Below the pieces are notes generated by a model. That model ran no database searches. It was not told where the DNA came from and was given only the letters and a program-made list of their open reading frames with translations. Positions 1 through 10,537 of a DNA stretch of 16,479 nucleotides are shown one piece after another. Source of the stretch: an uncultured cyanobacterium (GTDB lineage Bacteria; Cyanobacteriota; Cyanobacteriia; Cyanobacteriales; Microcystaceae); NCBI GenBank assembly GCA_963807635.1, contig CAWEDJ010000029.1, forward strand, positions 1 to 16,479, in the 5' to 3' direction. The translations under genes and the position numbers were made by a program. Numbering within the stretch: the first letter of the stretch is position 1; every line of letters begins with the position of its first letter.

Positions 1-121
1 AAGATTAATAATTTGCTCTTCTTGTTGAAGCTATAAGTTTTATTGATGATTACTTTCTCAGGCTTGGCTTAGTTCTAGCAACAGAAAATTTTTGGTCGTT
101 AAGTAGCGAATTGAAAGCGAT

Positions 122-304
122 ATGCCCATGCTTAAAGTCTCTCAGACACGGATGGAAGGGGAAATATCTACCGTTAAAAATGAATTGACTTTCATTCCAG
201 AAGATGTCAAAGACCTAAAAGGTTCCCAACGTTCCCAGATATGAGTTCTCATCGTTGCTGTGGTAGGAGCCATTGTAAAATTTGGGTTTTTCCCTAATCC
301 TTAA
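122..304 (+). pseudogene. Small coiled-coil protein with C-terminal membrane anchor (cyanobacterial DUF4164-like), internal stop, probably 5'-truncated
   Basis: Frame reads MPMLKVSQTRMEGEISTVKNELTFIPEDVKDLKGSQRSQI*VLIVAVVGAIVKFGFFPNP*. TGA at 242-244 sits where Trp (TGG) would be expected in a 'QIW' motif before the hydrophobic tail. Family name is from recall. Confidence 0.55.
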
Positions 305-307
305 ACC

Positions 308-344
308 GCGATCGCCGTAACGAATTTTGATCGTCCAGAAGCAG
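308..344 (+). repeat. 37-bp direct repeat, copy 1 (begins with HIP1)
   Basis: GCGATCGCCGTAACGAATTTTGATCGTCCAGAAGCAG matches 12399-12435 at 36/37 positions. Confidence 0.95.
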
Positions 345-686
345 TTAGTTCAATTCAAGGTTGAGTCTGGATATAACGGGTCTCAGATTGATTGGGTCTC
401 TGAAAATGCTCTGAATAATGCTGAAAAAGCTCATATTGAGACGATAAATTCTATTTTCCAACCAACCCTTGATTTCTCTGTCGAGACCCCTAACCTTAAT
501 AGCGGTTCTCAGGATTCTGTGGATTCATCCTTAAAAGTTGGCGATCGCCGTTATTGTCCCTCTCTTAAGGAGTCAGGAATTATAACGACTATGGATAACG
601 ATGGAACAATTACAATTACTTATGAAAAAATGGGGGCTTGCAGTTACTCAAATGCTCAGACTGTTTTGGCTCGAACTGTTCTCTGA
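327..686 (+). CDS. Hypothetical protein, probably a C-terminal gene fragment
   Basis: 119-codon ORF whose TTG start lies inside the direct repeat with no RBS. It has a low-complexity linker followed by a small beta-rich 'LKVGDR' segment. Confidence 0.35.
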   Translation: MIVQKQLVQFKVESGYNGSQIDWVSENALNNAEKAHIETINSIFQPTLDFSVETPNLNSGSQDSVDSSLKVGDRRYCPSLKESGIITTMDNDGTITITYEKMGACSYSNAQTVLARTVL

Positions 687-738
687 CTTTATCTAACTTA
701 GCCTCTCCTATTTGCTTAGGCTTACGGCTAATTGCCAT
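616..738 (-). pseudogene. Remnant of a small ParA-partner (ParG/CopG-like) gene
   Basis: 40-codon ORF MAISRKPKQIGEAKLDKV... directly downstream of a parA-like remnant. The N-terminus resembles plasmid ParA partners (recall). Confidence 0.35.
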
Positions 739-792
739 CTTTATTATTTCCAATCAATATTCAATTAACACTCTAATAACATTATTTTGATA

Positions 793-950
793 TCAAACTA
801 ATGCCAAAAAAAGAGGTTGATAAGGCATCATCATCACTGAGACTAGCTTATGATCTAAAATATTTAATTCAGTCACCGCCAATCCTTGGGGCAAGGGTGT
901 CCTTTTGTCGAACCAACCAACGAAGCGGCTATTGCACTATCGATAAATTG
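793..950 (-). pseudogene. Decayed 3' end of a plasmid-type ParA ATPase gene
   Basis: 888->793 reads QGLAVTELNILDHKLVSVMMMPYQPLFLALV*, resembling the ParA C-terminal 'QGLAVTEL..D.KA..E...LY..LF' segment. An out-of-frame QFIDSAI segment starts at 950. Confidence 0.5.
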
Positions 951-1100
951 AAAAACTACTTGTTTTCATGATTATGGGTAACTATGTTAATTAACGAAGT
1001 ACCTCATATCGTTGAAAATTGTTTTTAAGTAATCGAAAACGTTATTTATCTGGTCTCAAAATCTGTACATTTTTGGCGCGTTGGGCTATTTTAGCCATCT

Positions 1101-2234
1101 TTAGACAAATTTAATAGGTACAGAAACGTTGACGGTTGTTTCTTTTCCATAAATACTGGTAATTGTCAATTTTCCCTTCGCTCCCTCGACAATTTTTTTG
1201 ATGATCGCCAGTCCCAGACCCGTTCCTGATTGCTCTTGATTTGGTCGCTCAAACTGCATGAAAGCTCCAACTTTAGCAATTTGTTGTTTCGTCATTCCTC
1301 GTCCCTGATCGTGGACGGAGATTTCCAGCATTCCATTAATGACTTGACTTTGAATGGTAATTTTGGTGCCTGTTTGAGAAAACTTGAGGGCATTATCGAC
1401 TAATTCTTGGAGAATGATTAAAAAATATCTTTTGGATAAACGGACACCTATCTCTTGAAGATCAAAAACTAGATCATCTTTACGATTAACTTTGGCTGCT
1501 TGGGATTTTAATCTTGCCTGAATCGTGGCAACAGGTAAATAAGTTTCTTCTATGGGTGTTGATTGGGGTTGAAGAGAAGCCAATTCTAACTCTAAATATA
1601 AAAGAAATTGATTGGTTACATCTTCAAGACGATGGGCGGATTGATCGGCTAAATCTAATAGTAATTGGACTTCGACAGTATCCATATTTTTAATATTAAC
1701 TTTTAGTAACTCAATAATGCTTGAAATCCCATTGACAGGGGTATTCAGTTCTTGGGATAAGCTGAGGAATAAGTTACCCGTTAACTCTTGTAAATTGCCG
1801 CCTAAAACATTAATCGTATTTCGCTGAAGGTCTGAGAAATGTTGAATCGTATCATGCTGTTGTTTGATACGTAACATGGATTTTACCCTGGCGCATAACT
1901 CAAGGCGATTAACGGGCTTACTAATGAAATCATCTGCTCCTGCTTCTAAACAGAGGGCAAGATCTTCTTTGCTAGATAGGGCAGTTACCATAATAATGGG
2001 AACAATTTTCCATTGAAGATCGGTTTTAATTTTTTTACAAACGTCTATTCCATTTAGCCCAGGCATCATCACATCTAGCAAAATCAAGTCGGGATTAACG
2101 GTGTCGAGAATACTGAGGGCTTCCTGACCATTAGATGCGTAATATAAGTGATAGCCTTGCACGCTTAAAAGCGTTTCAATGACATCAAAATTATCTGGTT
2201 CGTCATCAACAATAAGAATGGATGGAGGATTCAT
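1101..2234 (-). CDS. Response regulator-histidine kinase hybrid (REC-HisKA-HATPase_c) with degenerate H-box
   Basis: REC motifs ILIVDD, LLDVMMP, FISKP; N box ELVDNALKF; G1 DQGRG; G2 GTGLGL. The H-box reads SLSQELNTP. Confidence 0.93.
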   Translation of the reverse strand: MNPPSILIVDDEPDNFDVIETLLSVQGYHLYYASNGQEALSILDTVNPDLILLDVMMPGLNGIDVCKKIKTDLQWKIVPIIMVTALSSKEDLALCLEAGADDFISKPVNRLELCARVKSMLRIKQQHDTIQHFSDLQRNTINVLGGNLQELTGNLFLSLSQELNTPVNGISSIIELLKVNIKNMDTVEVQLLLDLADQSAHRLEDVTNQFLLYLELELASLQPQSTPIEETYLPVATIQARLKSQAAKVNRKDDLVFDLQEIGVRLSKRYFLIILQELVDNALKFSQTGTKITIQSQVINGMLEISVHDQGRGMTKQQIAKVGAFMQFERPNQEQSGTGLGLAIIKKIVEGAKGKLTITSIYGKETTVNVSVPIKFV

Positions 2235-4024
2235 TAATTAGGTAACCGAAAATTAGAGAAACTGTTGAATAATTACGATTAGCTCTCTCATTTTAACAGG
2301 TTTACTCAGATAGTTATTCGCACCTGCGGCTAAACAGCGATCGCGATCGCCATCGGTAGCTAAAGCGGTCAAAGCAATAATGGGTTTATCGACAAATTGG
2401 GGATCATGGCGAAGGTGTTTAATGACTTCCAAACCATCTATGCCAGGAATTTGGATATCCATCAAGATTAAATCAGGTTGTTCGGATTGGTGCAGCGCGA
2501 TCGCGGTTTCTCCATCCTCTGCCTCGATCAGACGATAACCTTTTGCTTTGAGGTAAGCGGAAAAAGTCAGACGATTAGCTTTATTGTCCTCCACTAACAA
2601 AATTAAAGGGGATGACAAAGGCACCAGAACATCAGGAGAACTGTCTAAAGTCGTCAATGAAGACTCTATTGGAGCGGTCGAGATTGGCACTGAAGTACAA
2701 GGCAGATCAATCGTAAAACAACTGCCTTTGCCTAAAGTACTCGTTAATCCCACTTGACCCCCATGCAATTCAACAATTCTTTTCACTAACGCCAACCCTA
2801 ATCCTGTTCCTTCATATTTGCGATTGAGCGCACTATCAATTTGAATAAACGGCTGAAACAGTTTGTCGATATTTTCAGGTGATATGCCAATCCCCGTATC
2901 TTTAACGGCTAAACGAAGAAATGGTAGAGAACTGTTAAGACTGGGAATACTCACTTCGAGGCTAATATACCCGCCTTCGGGAGTAAATTTCACAGCATTA
3001 TTAAGTAAATTAATTAATACTTGGCGAATACGCCGTTCATCTACCAGTAAATGGGGTAAATGAGTCGGCAATTTCGTTTCAACTTGAATATTTTTTTGAA
3101 AAGCTTGGGGACGAATCAACAGTAAACTGGATTGACAGAGGGGAGCTACGGCTACGGACGCAACGTCAAGTTCAACCTGACTCGATCCAATTTTGGCCAG
3201 ATCTAAAATATCGTTGATTAAAGACAACAAATGGGAGCCACTGCTTTCAATCGTTTGTAGTGCTTTACGTTGTTTTGGGCTAATCTCGCCAAAGACTTGT
3301 TCTTGTAAACCTTGGGTCATGCCTAAAACTGCGGTAAGGGGAGTACGGAGTTCATGACTCATGGTTGCTAAAAATTCATCTTTAAGGCGGTTTGCCCGAA
3401 TCAATTCTTCATTCGTTTGTTGCAATTGCATTTCGACTTTTTTTTGTTCTGCTTCGCGGTGTTTTGTAAGGCTAATATCTTGAAAAGCAATAATCGCATA
3501 GGTAATTGCTCCTGAGTCATCATAAACAGGTGTACCGAATACTTCGAGGGGAATTCTTTTGTTTCCGATTAAAAGTTCTAAATCATCCAAATGACTCCCT
3601 TCTCCTTGTAACGCACGGATCACAGGAAGTTGATCGACGGGATAAACTTCGTCTGTATTTTCCCGATAGGGTTGGAAATCAACTGCCATTGCTTCTGCGG
3701 TCACGCCTTCCCGTACCCCCTGTCCTAGAACTTCTTTAGCTACTTGATTAAAATAAATAGTAAGGCCGTTCAGAATTATGAATAATGATGCCAACGGGAA
3801 TAGCATCTAAAAATTGTTGGAGTTGTTGATTGCTGTTTTCGAGTTTAGTCAGCGTAAGCTGGAGGTTCGTTTGCGAGGTCTGAATCTCCTGGGCCATTTG
3901 ATTAAAGGATTGGGCTAGGCGATTGAGTTCAATAATATTTTCAGTTTTAGGGAGTTCGAGTTGCCAATTATCTCCTTCTGCCAATAACTGACTGGCTCGA
4001 CTTAAACGTTTAATGGGTTGGGTA

Positions 4025-5202
4025 AGCTGTTAGTCATTTAAATAGCATATAATGAAAGTAAAAAAGGAGAAAAGTCATGCCAGTAAAAAATCATCTAAAA
4101 ACGGATGAAAAACAGAAACTACAAAACGAACTGAAATATAATGAACATCCAGATATCAGGGAGAGAATCCTGATATTATTATTACAAAATGATGGTAAAA
4201 CTCAACAAGAAATAGCAGATTTTGTAGGATGCTCATTAAGAAAGATAGCCTATTGGTGTGTTCATGGAGATGCCAATAACCTGGAAAGCCTAAAAGATAA
4301 AAGAATGGAAGGGAATTATCAAAAAGCGACTCCAGAATATGTTAATAAACTTTTGGAGGTAATAGATAAAGACCCCGAAGAATTAGGTTACGAATTTGGG
4401 AGATGGACAGCACAAAGATTAGCAAAATATTTAGAAAGAGAGACAGGAATAAAGTTAAGTGGAAGTCAAGTAAGAAGAATATTAAAATCAAAAAAGTATG
4501 TGTATATTTGGGCAAAATATAGCTTAGAAGAAAGCCAAGACCCAGAGAAAAGAAAGCTATTTAAGGAAAAATTTGATAAATATTTAAAAATAGCAAAAGA
4601 GTCGCCAGAGCGTCTCCAGATATGGTTTTGGGATGAATCTGGGTTCGGTTTGAGGGTGTTAAGACGAAAAAATTGGAGCAAAAAAGGAAAAAGAAAGAAA
4701 GTGAAGGGAAATAGAAGAAAAGGAAGAGTAAATGTAATGGGAGCATTGAGACTTTCAGATAAAAAAACACGAGTAGAATTTCTAGAAAAAGGAACAGGAG
4801 AAAACTTCTTTAAAGTGTTGGAAGGGTTTTATGAAGACATAAAAATAGAATGGTCAGAAAATGGTAATAAAATAGAAGAGTTTGAAATTAACGGGCCAAA
4901 AATACTGGTTATATTAGATAATGCAAGTATTCATAAAAAGAAAGAGTTTCTAGAGAAAATAAAAGAGAAAATGCCGAATTTAATAATAGAGTTTTTACCA
5001 GAATATAGTCCAGACTATAACTTAATAGAGTTGGTATGGCATTCAGCGAAAGAGTTTATTGCAAACCGTCTATTTAAGTCAATAGAAGAACTAGAAGAAC
5101 TCCTTAACCGATTACTAAATGAGGGGGAGCTAGTTATAAATTGGGGGCGGAAGCTAAAAAACAAGGGTAACGCTGTCAATGCAGTTTAAATGCTCAACAG
5201 CT
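4025..5202 (+). mobile_element. IS630-family insertion sequence (1178 bp)
   Basis: Imperfect terminal IRs AGCTGTTAGTCATTTAAATAGCAT and AGCTGTTGAGCATTTAAACTGCAT (right end, reverse complement). TA duplication at 4023-4024 and 5203-5204. Removal restores the host frame. Confidence 0.95.
4077..5189 (+). CDS. IS630-family transposase (single ORF)
   Basis: N-terminal HTH; DDE motifs WFWDESG, ILDNASIH, PEYSPDYNLIELVW. AAGGAG RBS and TATAAT (4048-4053) lie upstream. Confidence 0.96.
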   Translation: MPVKNHLKTDEKQKLQNELKYNEHPDIRERILILLLQNDGKTQQEIADFVGCSLRKIAYWCVHGDANNLESLKDKRMEGNYQKATPEYVNKLLEVIDKDPEELGYEFGRWTAQRLAKYLERETGIKLSGSQVRRILKSKKYVYIWAKYSLEESQDPEKRKLFKEKFDKYLKIAKESPERLQIWFWDESGFGLRVLRRKNWSKKGKRKKVKGNRRKGRVNVMGALRLSDKKTRVEFLEKGTGENFFKVLEGFYEDIKIEWSENGNKIEEFEINGPKILVILDNASIHKKKEFLEKIKEKMPNLIIEFLPEYSPDYNLIELVWHSAKEFIANRLFKSIEELEELLNRLLNEGELVINWGRKLKNKGNAVNAV

Positions 5203-6338
5203 TAATTCGATTCGCAATCAGAATGCCGATAATGCTTGAAACCAGCAATGCAAGAATACAAAGAAACAGGGTTCGATAGTTATTTGCCTGAATTTCCGCC
5301 ATGTAATCAGACTGAGGAATGGCAATAATCATTGACCATTCCAGTCCATACTGATCTCGATAGGGTTGAATCAAAATTAAGGGATCTTGATCCAAAATTT
5401 CTACTTTTTGATTAGGGATGATTTTGGCTGAATTCTCGTTACCCAATTTTTTCTGTATTGCTTGATTAATGGTTTTTACAAAGGGGTTTTGAATATCTTG
5501 AAATCGAACCCGTTCTGCTTTTCCATTAATTAATTGATACGGGTTTTGGGAAGTGGAACTCGCAACCAAAAAACCAGCGTGATCGAGAATAAATACTTCA
5601 CCCGATTTACCAACTTTGAGACCTCGTAGGAAATGGCTAATATGAGAAAGACTGAGATCAATTCCCACGACTCCGATGAGCTGTTTCGAGGAATTATAAA
5701 GGGGCGCGCTGGCAGAAATTGAAATTTCTTCAGCAGCTCCTATCCAGTTATAGACAGGACTCCAAGTAGGTTTACCTGCTTTTATGGCGTTTCCATACCA
5801 GGCCCTGATTATTAGGATTGGTATTTTCTAGTATCAGAGGAGGCGGCAGGCGATCGCCTTGATTATTCACGGAATAACTATACAGAGTATTTAGTTTGGG
5901 AAACTTGACTTCTGCAATTTCTATGGCACCTTTAAAGTAACCTGAACCAATAAATTCTCGTTTTTGGTTGCCAAAATTAACGTAGGTAAAATCATAGTTC
6001 TTTATTTGTTGCCAAAAGAGTCTTCCTAAAGATTCAAAATCTTTTTCATCGACAATCTTTGACTGGAGTAAATCTCGATTTGCTTGATTAACTTTTTGGG
6101 CAGTTTGTAGATAAGAATTCAAATAATTATGAATATGTTCTCCCGTTTCTAGCATCAAATTCTGAGTCAAATTTTCTACCGATGCTTTGCCACTACGGTA
6201 AGATAGATACCCAACTAATCCAACTGTAACTAGGGTTTGCAACACAAAAGGCAAACTAAGTATCCACCGTAAGGACAGTTTAGGAATTTTAACCATTCTT
6301 GATAATCTTCTTTGATGCTTTTCTAGGTTATTTAGACT

Positions 6339-7445
6339 TTAGTTATCGATTTCGATGGTGAAGATTGAACCTTGAGGCGTATTATCGGTAACGCTGATTT
6401 TTCCGCTATGGGCTTCAACCACAATTTTGCAAAATGCCAACCCTAAACCTGTTTGATTAACGCCTTTCATTAGGGTGCCAATTTCATATTTTTCAAAAAT
6501 ACTTTGCTTTAAATTTTCACTGACACCTGGCCCCAAATCTGCAACTCGAATTCTTACGCCTTGTTCACCAATATAGTTCACAAAAAGTGTTACAGTGCTA
6601 TCTTGCGGTGAGAATTTAATGGCATTGGATAACAAATTATCAATCGCGCGACGAAAAAGCATGGGATCAATATTGATATCCCGATAAACTGGTGCAGGAG
6701 TTTTGGCAATCAGTTGCACGGATTTTCGAGCAGCAATTTCTTTAAGATCAGCGATCGCGGACTCACAGAGTTTGCAGATATCGGTATTTTTGCAGTCGAG
6801 AACTAATTTATTAGACTCAGATTTTGCCTTTAAAAGTAAATCATCTACCAAAAAACGGAGGGCTTGTCCGCCTCTTAAAATCATATTGAGGTTTTTGTGA
6901 CTTTTTTCAGCAGGTAGCCCAGGATAGGTCAGTAGCATCTCTGTCACCAACAGGATATTGGAAATCGGATTTCGCAGGTCATGAACGATCATATTGACCA
7001 TATCTTCCCGAAATTGGAGTAATTCCTTTAGATTATCGTAGGATTCTTTGAGTGTTAATTGAGTCTTGACCCTAGCCATCAGGATGGGAGGGCTAACGGG
7101 TTTGGTAATATAATCAACCGCGCCTAATTCCAAGCCTTGACGCTCATCTTCTATCTCCGCCTTTGCAGTTAGAAAGATAATAGGAATATCAGGGGATTGG
7201 GGGTCGGCCTTGAGCATACGGCATACATCATAACCATCCATGCCAGGCATCATGATATCCAGCAGAATCAGGTCTGGTGGATCGTTGGAACGAGCGATTG
7301 TAATTGCTTTTTGACCATGATTGGCCACCTTGACTCGATAATCATCCTTAAGTAATCCGCTAATAAAGGTCAGATTATCGGGGGTATCATCCACGACCAA
7401 AATAGTTTTTCTTTTGATTTTTTCTTGGAGTAAGTTGGTAATCAT
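6339..7445 (-). CDS. Response regulator-histidine kinase hybrid (REC-HisKA-HATPase_c)
   Basis: REC ILVVDD, LLDIMMP, YITKP; H-box MIVHDLRNP; N box NLLSNAIKF; G boxes DLGPG and TGLGL. Confidence 0.95.
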   Translation of the reverse strand: MITNLLQEKIKRKTILVVDDTPDNLTFISGLLKDDYRVKVANHGQKAITIARSNDPPDLILLDIMMPGMDGYDVCRMLKADPQSPDIPIIFLTAKAEIEDERQGLELGAVDYITKPVSPPILMARVKTQLTLKESYDNLKELLQFREDMVNMIVHDLRNPISNILLVTEMLLTYPGLPAEKSHKNLNMILRGGQALRFLVDDLLLKAKSESNKLVLDCKNTDICKLCESAIADLKEIAARKSVQLIAKTPAPVYRDINIDPMLFRRAIDNLLSNAIKFSPQDSTVTLFVNYIGEQGVRIRVADLGPGVSENLKQSIFEKYEIGTLMKGVNQTGLGLAFCKIVVEAHSGKISVTDNTPQGSIFTIEIDN

Positions 7446-7454
7446 AGAGGGATT

Positions 7455-10400
7455 TTATTGATTTTGAAGCGTTTCTTTAGCGGATATTAAAGCAGTATAA
7501 CCTGCCTCGAAGTCGAATGAATTGATTCCTGCCGCGATCGCGTTGTAATGATTCGGGAAGGCACTTTTTAGTAAATCGCTATTATCTTGCAATAAATCAG
7601 CCGCTTCAGCATCATCTTCACTTAAAAGTGCAGCCAGTTGAGTACAAATCTCCTCAAGTTTTTCAAAATCGATGACGATCTTGGTTGTCTCCGCTTCAGG
7701 GGGCAACTTGGCTTCTAATTGCTGAATTAAGGTTTCTAACGGTTTCCAAACGTTGGTTAACAATAAATCAATCTCGAAACGAGACTGATCCGCTTTAATG
7801 GCAGTTTCTAGCTCCGTTGCTGCTTTCTGTATGGATTCTGCTCCAATATTACCCGCAACGCCTTTGAGGGTATGGGCCAGTCGTTCCGCTAGAGTTTTAT
7901 CCTTGGCTTCAAGGGCTTGATTCATTTGCTCTACAAAGTTTTTCTGTCCTACTGCAAACTTACGCAGCATAGAGATATAAAGGGATTTTTTGCCAAGAAC
8001 TCGACGTAATCCCTCTGACGTATTGAGTCCTAGAATATCTGAGGGAATGTCAATACTCTCTTTATTCTCTTTCGTCTTTGAGGTTACGGTCGAAAGGGCT
8101 TGAGGACTGTCGCTTTTTTTGAGATTGGGTTTAATCCATTTCAACAAAGCTTCCCATAGTTTATCAGGCTCAATAGGCTTTGCGACGTAATCATTCATTC
8201 CCGCCTCGATACATTTATCGCGATCACCTTGGAGAACACTGGCTGTCATCGCTACAATCGGTAGGTTTTGGTAATGGGAATCTTTACGGATTTCAACTGT
8301 CGCCTCAAGGCCATCCATTTCTGGCATCTGAACATCCATCAGAACCATATCATAGTTATTGGTCTTGACTTTTTCCAGCGCAATTCGTCCATTTCCTGCT
8401 AGATCAACGATAAAACCCGAATCTTCTAACAATTCTGTGGCAACTTCTTGATTTATCTCATTGTCTTCTACCAGCAAAATATTCGCGCCTTCAATCCTCT
8501 TTAAGCGATCGCGCAAAGATCCATTATGCGGTGCGCTGGAAATATTAGAAGTCTGTTGTTGTAGATCCCCCAATAACCCAGCCACACTATCGAACAACAT
8601 CGAAGCATTGACTGGTTTGATGAGTATGTCGGCAATCCCCAATGATTCCGCATTTTTGAAAACCTCTTCTCGTCCATAGGCCGTAACCATCAAGTGATAC
8701 GGTCGATGTTTTAACGGTAAGGCTTGCATCCTCCGAGCAACTTCCAATCCATCCATGTTAGGCATTTGCCAATCGAGAAAAACAATTTCATAGGGATCAG
8801 TTTTGTTATCGGCCTCTGTAACCGCCTCTAATGCCTCTTGACCCGAACTCGCGAGATCCACCTTAAATTTCATCTGTTTGAGCAAAGCTTTTAAAATTAA
8901 CCGTGCAGATTCGTTATCATCCACTATCAAAACCCGTTTACCCTGAAGATCGCTACTCAATACGAGTCGGCGTGGCGTGGCGGTACTCGGCTTTAGGCAG
9001 ACCGTAAACCAAAAAGTGCTACCTTGACCATACTCACTTTCAACCCCTACTGTGCCTCCCATTAACTCAGCAATTCGTTTGCAAATTGCCAGACCCAACC
9101 CCGTACCGCCAAATTTTCGAGTGGTAGATGTATCTGCTTGTTGGAAACTGTTGAATAAATTTTTGATTTGTTCCTCAGTTAAGCCAATGCCCGTATCTTT
9201 GACGGCAAAATAGAGCATCATATCGGTTTCGCGAGCTTCCTGAATTTTTACGATAATCGTGATTTCACCCTTTTCGGTGAACTTAACCGCATTGTTAGCA
9301 TAATTGATTAAAATTTGCCCCAACCGCAACGGATCTCCCAGCAAATTACGCGGCAAATCTCGGTCAATATCAAAAATCAGTTCTAAGTTTTTGGCTGTCG
9401 CTTTTTCGGTAATTAGGGTTGCTACATTTTCGAGAATTTTTTCTAACTCAAAATCAATGTTTTCAATGTTTAATTTGCCAGCTTCGATCTTGGAAAAATC
9501 GAGAATATCATTGATAACTCCCAGTAAATGTTGGCTAGATACTTGTATTTTTCTTAAATATTCGCGCTGACGCGGTGTTAAATCGGTTTTGAGTGCAAGA
9601 TGCGTCATTCCAATAATGGCATTCATGGGGGTGCGAATTTCGTGACTCATGTTTGCCAAAAAGTCAGCTTTGACTTGGGTTGCTTCTTCGGCTAATTCCT
9701 TGGCACGCCGCATCTCATCTTCAGCCGCTTTGATCTTACTGATATCCGTTAACCAACCGAGTACTCCCATTCGACCTTCATATTCAGTGGCGATAAAAGT
9801 AGCCATAATGTCGCGAATTTCCCTGTCTGGGCCATACAATTGATAGCGACCCCCTTCCAATATCCCATACTGAGAAAGTGCGTCCAGAATCTGTTGACGA
9901 TCAGAGAGATTGGTATAGATCTTTTGCGGAGAGTCACCGACCTTTAAATCAACCAGATCAACGATGCGGGGATTGGCAAAACGGGTAATGCCATCAACGG
10001 TTATCGCCACTCCAACTGGGGCCTTATCCAGAATTGATTGTAATTTTTCTCTCTGGCGCGTAATTTCTAATGCTGCCTGTTTGCGAGCCGTGATATCTCG
10101 TACCGATGCAAAGAGACTGAGATTATATTTACCTAATGCGGGTAAACGGGCTAGACCGATTTCAACGGGAAACTGGGAACCATCCTTACGCAAACCCAGT
10201 AACTCTAAGTTATGATCGCCGATTAAGCAAGCCTGCCCAACTTCTTGATCACAGTCTACACAGTCAAAGTGACGAGAGCATACCGTACCAAGACCCAAAA
10301 TGTCGATATGCTGACCGATGAGTTCGTTCGGTTGATAGCCAAACATTGCCTCCAAGGAAGGGTTTGTTAAAATAATCAAGCTATTTGAGTCAATGACCAA

Positions 10401-10508
10401 CATGCCATCAGGCGCATATTCGATCATTCCCCGATACCAAGCTTCGGTTTCTGCTAGGATTTTTCGTTGATTGCTTTGCAACGATGTTTCGCGCAATACC
10501 ACCAGCAT
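7455..10508 (-). CDS. Uninterrupted cytoplasmic part of the hybrid kinase (PAS-PAS-HisKA-HATPase-REC-REC-HPt)
   Basis: 1017-codon ORF. H-box NMSHEIRTP, N box NYANNAVKF, GGTGLGL, REC Asp motifs FLDWQMP and LMDVQMP, HPt AHTLKGVAGNIGA. Independent expression is not shown. Confidence 0.7.
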   Translation of the reverse strand: MLVVLRETSLQSNQRKILAETEAWYRGMIEYAPDGMLVIDSNSLIILTNPSLEAMFGYQPNELIGQHIDILGLGTVCSRHFDCVDCDQEVGQACLIGDHNLELLGLRKDGSQFPVEIGLARLPALGKYNLSLFASVRDITARKQAALEITRQREKLQSILDKAPVGVAITVDGITRFANPRIVDLVDLKVGDSPQKIYTNLSDRQQILDALSQYGILEGGRYQLYGPDREIRDIMATFIATEYEGRMGVLGWLTDISKIKAAEDEMRRAKELAEEATQVKADFLANMSHEIRTPMNAIIGMTHLALKTDLTPRQREYLRKIQVSSQHLLGVINDILDFSKIEAGKLNIENIDFELEKILENVATLITEKATAKNLELIFDIDRDLPRNLLGDPLRLGQILINYANNAVKFTEKGEITIIVKIQEARETDMMLYFAVKDTGIGLTEEQIKNLFNSFQQADTSTTRKFGGTGLGLAICKRIAELMGGTVGVESEYGQGSTFWFTVCLKPSTATPRRLVLSSDLQGKRVLIVDDNESARLILKALLKQMKFKVDLASSGQEALEAVTEADNKTDPYEIVFLDWQMPNMDGLEVARRMQALPLKHRPYHLMVTAYGREEVFKNAESLGIADILIKPVNASMLFDSVAGLLGDLQQQTSNISSAPHNGSLRDRLKRIEGANILLVEDNEINQEVATELLEDSGFIVDLAGNGRIALEKVKTNNYDMVLMDVQMPEMDGLEATVEIRKDSHYQNLPIVAMTASVLQGDRDKCIEAGMNDYVAKPIEPDKLWEALLKWIKPNLKKSDSPQALSTVTSKTKENKESIDIPSDILGLNTSEGLRRVLGKKSLYISMLRKFAVGQKNFVEQMNQALEAKDKTLAERLAHTLKGVAGNIGAESIQKAATELETAIKADQSRFEIDLLLTNVWKPLETLIQQLEAKLPPEAETTKIVIDFEKLEEICTQLAALLSEDDAEAADLLQDNSDLLKSAFPNHYNAIAAGINSFDFEAGYTALISAKETLQNQ

Positions 10509-10537
10509 GACAATACCCGTCAGTAAGGTTGTCGCTA

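Larger units (their letters stand above)
2253..6296 (-). pseudogene. Membrane hybrid sensor kinase TM-dCache-TM-HAMP-PAS-HisKA-HATPase-REC (about 953 aa reconstructed), split by IS630 and two +1 frameshifts
   Basis: ORFs 5772-6296, 5186-5668, 3748-3984 and 2253-3806 join into one frame after removing the IS plus one TA (IANRI|TQPIKRLS), one C at 5803-5805 (NQAWYGNAIKAGKPTWSPVY) and one T at 3769-3770 (HNSDGLTIYFN). H-box MSHELRTP and REC ILMDIQIP are intact. Confidence 0.92.

Noticed and set aside
4466..4770. Two minus-strand ORFs inside the first IS630
   Set aside because: Phe/Leu-rich antisense artefacts of the A-rich transposase gene.
2863..10321. Short ORFs overlapping the kinase genes (2863, 3506, 6703, 8180, 8461, 9304, 9649, 9749, 9964, 10136)
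   Set aside because: Antisense or alternate-frame shadows of well-supported genes, with no recognisable motifs.
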